Shown: positions 59,001 to 64,000 of the stretch, one piece after another
Layout of the letters: each line of letters starts with the position of its first letter
Numbering within the stretch: position 1 is the stretch's first letter
From: Zancudomyces culisetae HAW-14-8
Taxonomy: Eukaryota > Fungi > Kickxellomycota
NCBI GenBank assembly: GCA_052426225.1
Contig: JBNJNM010000008.1
Coordinates: 1,550,001-1,614,000, forward strand
DNA length: 64,000 nt
Direction of reading: 5' to 3'
The notes under the pieces: generated by a model
What the model was told of the DNA's origin: nothing
The model's input: the letters and a program-made list of their open reading frames with translations, nothing else
The model's database searches: none
Program-made: the position numbers and the translations under genes

Positions 59001-61626
59001 AGCTCAACAACCCACCACCACCACCACTACTACTATTCATTCAAGTAGTGATGATGATGCTGAGTATCGCTTACGTACAACTACCTCTCGTTCCAACCGT
59101 TCCAATCGATCCAATCGTCGTTCTGTCAATAATCGTAATTCTTTTGATTCTCGTCGTGATCCCGAAACTAGACGTAATGTATATGAAAATTTACGAAGAA
59201 TTCGTCAAACCAGAACGGGTAGAAATGATCATCTTTATGCTTCTACTTCTCATTCTACATCCAATTCCAATTCCAATTCCAACTCCCATGCATATTCCCA
59301 CTCTAATTCTACTTCTTCAAATACACCTCATATAACTACAAGAGCTGCTACTCGTGCTGCTGCTGCTACCCGTGCTTCTACTTCTACTTCTACTTCTTCA
59401 AATTTACAACCGGCTACTATTACTACAAGATCTGGAAGAGTTGTAAAATTATCTCGTAGATTATCTACTAGTCCTGAAAGATCTCATCATGAACAACAAC
59501 AACAACAACAACAACAGCCTACTCGTAGATCGTCTCGTCCTCGTCGAAACTATCATATTCAAGATACTGATGAAGAGCAACAATCCCAATCCCAATCTGA
59601 TTCTAATTCTGCTTCTGCTTCTGCTTCCGCTACTGACTCTGCTGACTCTGCTTCTGCTGCTGACTCTGAATCTGAACCTGAACAAAGTTCTAACAACCTG
59701 TCCTCCCAAGTTAAAACTCCTTCATCTTTTCCTCTCTTCAATCCTCTACTAGTAGCCAAAAACACTCCTGCTCCTCTACTGATTACTGAAAAGCCTCTTC
59801 TTTCCATATATATTCCTCAACTAAACGATGAAATCATTTATATATCCAAAGACGATGGACAACTAGACCATTTAAAATATGCTCGGGTTAAACAGATCAA
59901 TTACCTACTAAGTGCATCATCCAAGTCCAATAGAAACTCCAAATCCCACATTGAAATCCACCTAACTCTCACCAACACTATTGATATCAGCAACGATTAT
60001 GACTCTCGCCTAGCCTTTTTCTTATCCAACAACATTCCTTCCAATGATAAATCTTTATCCCTTGTTGTTGGTCCAGATAATCTTGATCGGTTTGTGCTTT
60101 ATTCCCTTTTTAAATCGAGTATTATGGAACTACTCAATCAGAATTTTGTACTTGCTGACAACCAATCCAATTCCCTTTCCATCTATTATCCCTCCTTCTC
60201 ATCCTCATCCTCATCCTCATCCTCATCCTCATCCTCATCCTCATCCTCATCTTCGTCTTCCGCCCCTTCACCCTCTTTATCGACTTCTTTAAACTCTGCT
60301 TTGGAAAGTTCTGATCATGATACTGATTCAAATACTACTGATCAACTTGCTTGTTGCAGAGAACGTCTTACCTCCTTTATCATTTCTCCCTCTTCTCTCT
60401 CCTCTTCCTCCGACCCCTCTTCTTCTTCTTCAACAAATCTTCTCTTGAAACCATATCACTGTATATCCGCATCTCTTTCCAACAACAACAATTCTTCCTC
60501 CTCTGATTCCACTACTATTTATCTTTCACTTTGGCATATTTTCAACTCCTCCACCTCACTCCGCAACTCTCTCTCCTCCCAATCGCTAGCTCCCGATTCC
60601 TCTCTTGTTTCCATCCTCAACTCCCTGATAACTTCCAATAACTCTGAATGGTTTATCTACCACGTCGATTTTTCCGATTACCCGGCATATCTATCTCATG
60701 TTGCTCATCCTTCCTCTCTGTGTATGATTAAGGCTCGACTTCTCAACCACTACTATCGCTCATTGGATGCTCTTCACTACGATCTGTCTCTTATTTACCA
60801 TAATTCCCTTACTTTTAATGGTATGGATTCCCAAGTTTCTACTTGTGCTGCTTTATTGGTTGCTGAATATACTTCTTTTGTTCGGAATTCTCCTCTCTTT
60901 TCTTCAACTCCTTCATCCAATAATCCCGCCTTTTCCTCTCCTACTTTTTCCTCTCTTTTATCAATTTCTCCCCACAACCCTCCCCATACAAACGACAATG
61001 CAAACTCTAATAACAATCCATCTCATTTGTCTGTAAAACGTGTACACCTTTCTGTTTCTTCTTCTCTCTCCTCAACCCACTCTTCTCCATCATCTCTAAC
61101 CTCCATTTCCTCTTCTTCCTCTTCCTCTTCTTCTTCCTCTTCGTCTTCTTCATTACAAAATGTTGATCGAAATAAAAATTTAATCTCTGATTCCTCTTCA
61201 AAAATGCGTCTTCGAAAACGCCCTCCTCCTTCACTCCATGTTTCTCCTCCTCAATCTCAATCTTCAGCCTCCAAATCCCACAACTCAAATCCTTATAATA
61301 CTAGAAAGAAATCTTCTTCTCCATTACCAATTCAACATGATTCAAAATCACATCTTCATTCCTCTCGTAGTACTAGTCTCAATGCTGAACCAACTACAAC
61401 TATGAACACTAGATCCTCCTCAACAAGCCATAACCAAAATACTACCTATTCTAATGATAACAATCGCTTATCAAGTGCAAATACAAGTACAAGTACTCGT
61501 TCTGTAGCCACTAGATCTTCTAATAAACGAAAACGAGTTAATTATATTGACGATACTTCATCAGAATTTGAGTATGAAAATGATAACTATGGCGAGGATG
61601 ATGATGATGATGATGATGATGAATAA
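56007..61626 (+). CDS. PHIP/BRWD1-like WD40-repeat and bromodomain protein (about 5 exons including a probable microexon)
   Basis: N-terminal (E)MYF...LKNGPF...LLPERYSWEG...YEEL; WD40 repeats (GHKFPTFCAMFDRNG..MITGSDDYLVKTW, GHKDVISD, VAHPTDNRIAVSGGYDG); EQMFPADY; YIPQLNDEIIY; bromodomain VDFSDYPAY..VAHP..L..IKARL.NHYYR...NSLTFN. Introns 56593-56711 and 57180-57270 keep frame. Confidence 0.9.
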
Positions 61627-62087
61627 TTCTCTCTTTTTTTTTTATTATCACTTTTTAGTTTTTTACTTTTTTTTTTATACTTTTTTTAGTATTGGGTTAC
61701 TTTCTTTTGTTTTGTATATCTTTTGTGTATGGATATTTATGGAGAGATTTTCTTTATATTTGTTTATTGATTAATTAATGTATGTATGTGTATGTATTGT
61801 AAATTGTGATTATTTTGGGTTTTTTTCTCTCACTTATGAATCACCGACCCCTCCTCCTCCTCCTCTTCCGACTCCTCCCTTTAACCCAAAATAAATAATA
61901 ATATTAATAATAATTAAAATGATAACTAATAATGATAACTAGTTAAAATAACTGAATAAATGTAATATGCTAAATGAACTCGAATTAATGTGTTGTAAAT
62001 GCAAAATAAAAAAAATAAAAATGTGGAGAGAAAATCTTTCCTCCTCATTATTGTTCTCTCTCTTTCTCTGATATCATGTGAGTTTGC

Positions 62088-62834
62088 TTAATACCATGGT
62101 GATGGGTATCCGCAGTATATGCTCTTGTATCCGTTCTGTACACAGACAGTTCCTGGTCCACAAGGTCTCACAATCCATCTGTTGTGGTCGCATTGAAGGT
62201 ATACACCCTTGTTTTTTCCGATACAGCGGTATGAGTCGCCCCAGCATCTTCCATGTCCCCAACTTCCATTATCATATCCTCCATAGTTGTTGTTGTTGTT
62301 GTTGTTGTAATCGACATTATAGTTTTGTTGGTTGTTGTTATAGTCATAGTTGTTGTTGTTATCGTAGTTGTTGTTATCATATTCTCCACGCTTGTAGTAC
62401 TTTGGGTTTACAATGTGCTTCTCTCTGTGCTTGTGCTCTTCCTTATGTCTATGTCTGTCATTGTGGTGAGGACGGTGCTTGTGGTGGCGGTGCTTATTAT
62501 CATGGTGGCGGTGCTTATCATCATTTTGTCTGTACTCTCCGCGCTTGTAAACCTCTTTGTTTTCATTTCCATCATCTCCATCATGTCCATCTTCTTTGTA
62601 GTCATTATCTTTTTTGTCGTCATACTTGTCGTCACCATCTTTTTCCTCGTTCTTGTAATCTTGAGCATGACCATTATCATATTGTTGAGGTTGATACTCA
62701 ACCTTGTTTCCATCAGATTCTGGAACATATGATTTCTCCTCCTCTCCTCTCTTGTTGTTTTTAACGGATCCTGAGAGTACTGCATTGGTAAATCCAATGA
62801 GTGCAAGTACTATTCCTGAATTAACCTTTACCAT
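62088..62834 (-). CDS. Secreted precursor with acidic, His-rich and Asn/Tyr-rich segments and a C-terminal CBM19-like chitin-binding module
   Basis: Signal peptide (MVKVNSGIVLALIGFTNA). C-terminal CWGDSYRC...YLQCDHNRWIVRPCGPGTVC matches the CBM19 pattern (C..G...C....a.C..g.W...C..GT.C). Three KRGE sites. Confidence 0.82.
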   Translation of the reverse strand: MVKVNSGIVLALIGFTNAVLSGSVKNNKRGEEEKSYVPESDGNKVEYQPQQYDNGHAQDYKNEEKDGDDKYDDKKDNDYKEDGHDGDDGNENKEVYKRGEYRQNDDKHRHHDNKHRHHKHRPHHNDRHRHKEEHKHREKHIVNPKYYKRGEYDNNNYDNNNNYDYNNNQQNYNVDYNNNNNNNYGGYDNGSWGHGRCWGDSYRCIGKNKGVYLQCDHNRWIVRPCGPGTVCVQNGYKSIYCGYPSPWY

Positions 62835-63071
62835 GATGAAGTTTCAAATAAAGTAGTCTTTGTGTTTTTATTAAAAAAAATAATTATTGTTATCCCTTTT
62901 TCACTCTTTAATTATTATTGAGTTCTGGCTCCTAGAATTAGTACCAATTGTATCTTTCCTCTGATTTAACTTATTATATTGGATATCTTTAGAACTTGTA
63001 AGTTTTCAAGACAAATATCTTTGTTATTGATGAGTTTGAATAATTTTATTTCGTTGTGTATTTTCGTTGGT

Positions 63072-63080
63072 GTATTTATA
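63072..63080 (-). promoter_or_regulatory. Putative TATA box (TATAAATA) of the CBM19 gene
   Basis: TATAAATAC on the minus strand about 240 nt upstream of ATG 62834. Confidence 0.35.
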
Positions 63081-64000
63081 TCTTTTTTTTTTGCCATCCT
63101 CCTTCCTTTATTTACACTATAACACTATTATATCTTTACCTCATACTACCTCAGTAATTCTTTATTTACTAGCTTATACACTTACTAACATTCACGAGTA
63201 TTTGTTTTGGTAATCTACCAAATATGTTTACTGTTTTTTCTACTAATATTGTTACATTTTACTGATTAATTTAAATAATAGTAAGTCCGGTTCATTCATT
63301 ATTCTTTTCCTCTCCCTCTGTCTATGTTTTGGGTAGATTATGTTTAGGTTTTACATTCTTTAGAATAACAATACCAAAATTGTTTGTAATTCACTACCAA
63401 TTACATATTTACTATCCACTCCCCCCCCCCCTGAAATTTATATACATACCCATTCATTTCCTTATTTACTCTCTTTTTATTTATCTTTTACATTGTGTTT
63501 TGAATTATTGTGATCAACAGAGTAGATTTTGGGCATTACTGAGTAATGGACTTTACGCTCTGCATTTTTACGTTACCGTTATCCTTTCTTTCATGTTTTT
63601 TTTTCCCCTTATTTTTTTCTTGTACCCTCCTGTTCTTTACCTGTTTTTATTCCTGTCTTTGCTAATATTACTAGTATATTACAAAAGCAACATTGATTGA
63701 AATTTCCAACATTCTGAAGAAGAAAAAAAGTGAAAATGCTTCAAAGGTGTTATCACCTAAATATGCCCGCATTATTTTAGAATTCTTCCATTTTGCTTTA
63801 TGATAATCTGCTACAGAATTCCATCCATTCCTACTATTGCTCCTACCCATTTTTTCTTTAACTTTCTTTTACTCAACTGATTAATCTTACCCAATTTCTT
63901 TTTCTGTTGTAAGAACAAAAAAAAACTGGTTGGTAACATTCCAAAACTATCTCATGTTCAATTCTCATTACCAGAATTTATCAGTAATATTTCCAAGCTC

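Noticed and set aside
43311-61626. FAM72-SIZ-PMS1-BRWD as a functional genome-maintenance cluster
   Set aside because: Adjacent eukaryotic housekeeping genes in mixed orientation. No shared regulatory motif is visible, and chance cannot be excluded without synteny data.
62078-62764. Cys/His-rich metallothionein-like ORF on the + strand
   Set aside because: Antisense of the Asn/Asp/His-rich secreted gene. The Cys runs come from (TGT)n repeats.

Overview
AT-rich eukaryotic nuclear DNA with GT-AG spliceosomal introns. The gene set (Rim20/PalA, Snt2, Rog1-type lipase, CBM19, plus neurochondrin, FAM72 and a PHIP/BRWD homologue) indicates a fungus, most plausibly an early-diverging one such as Zoopagomycota/Harpellales; this placement is inference only. 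About 18 protein genes were recognised by reading motifs and stitching exons by hand. Housekeeping genes: an ancestral-type MadBub (BUB1), RIM20, a DUF676/Rog1 lipase, a mitochondrial-type PP2C, VPS72, SNT2, RPS4, neurochondrin, a FAM72-domain protein, a SIZ/PIAS SUMO ligase, PMS1 and a WD40-bromodomain protein. There are also two hypothetical genes and four secreted low-complexity proteins. I found no rRNA, tRNA, CRISPR or transposon. Most notable: (1) three secreted proteins share a small Cys module, one copy closely matching the arthropod pacifastin inhibitor pattern, mounted on collagen-like or mucin-like stalks; (2) a secreted precursor with repeated KR|GE Kex2-type sites would release a His-rich peptide and a CBM19 module; (3) the + strand repeatedly flips from G-rich to C-rich at GC peaks inside ORFs, in repeat-rich domains; (4) a probable 2-nt microexon; (5) convergent genes that overlap or nearly touch. 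All homology calls are from memory of motifs, with no database search, and compositional statements are by eye.
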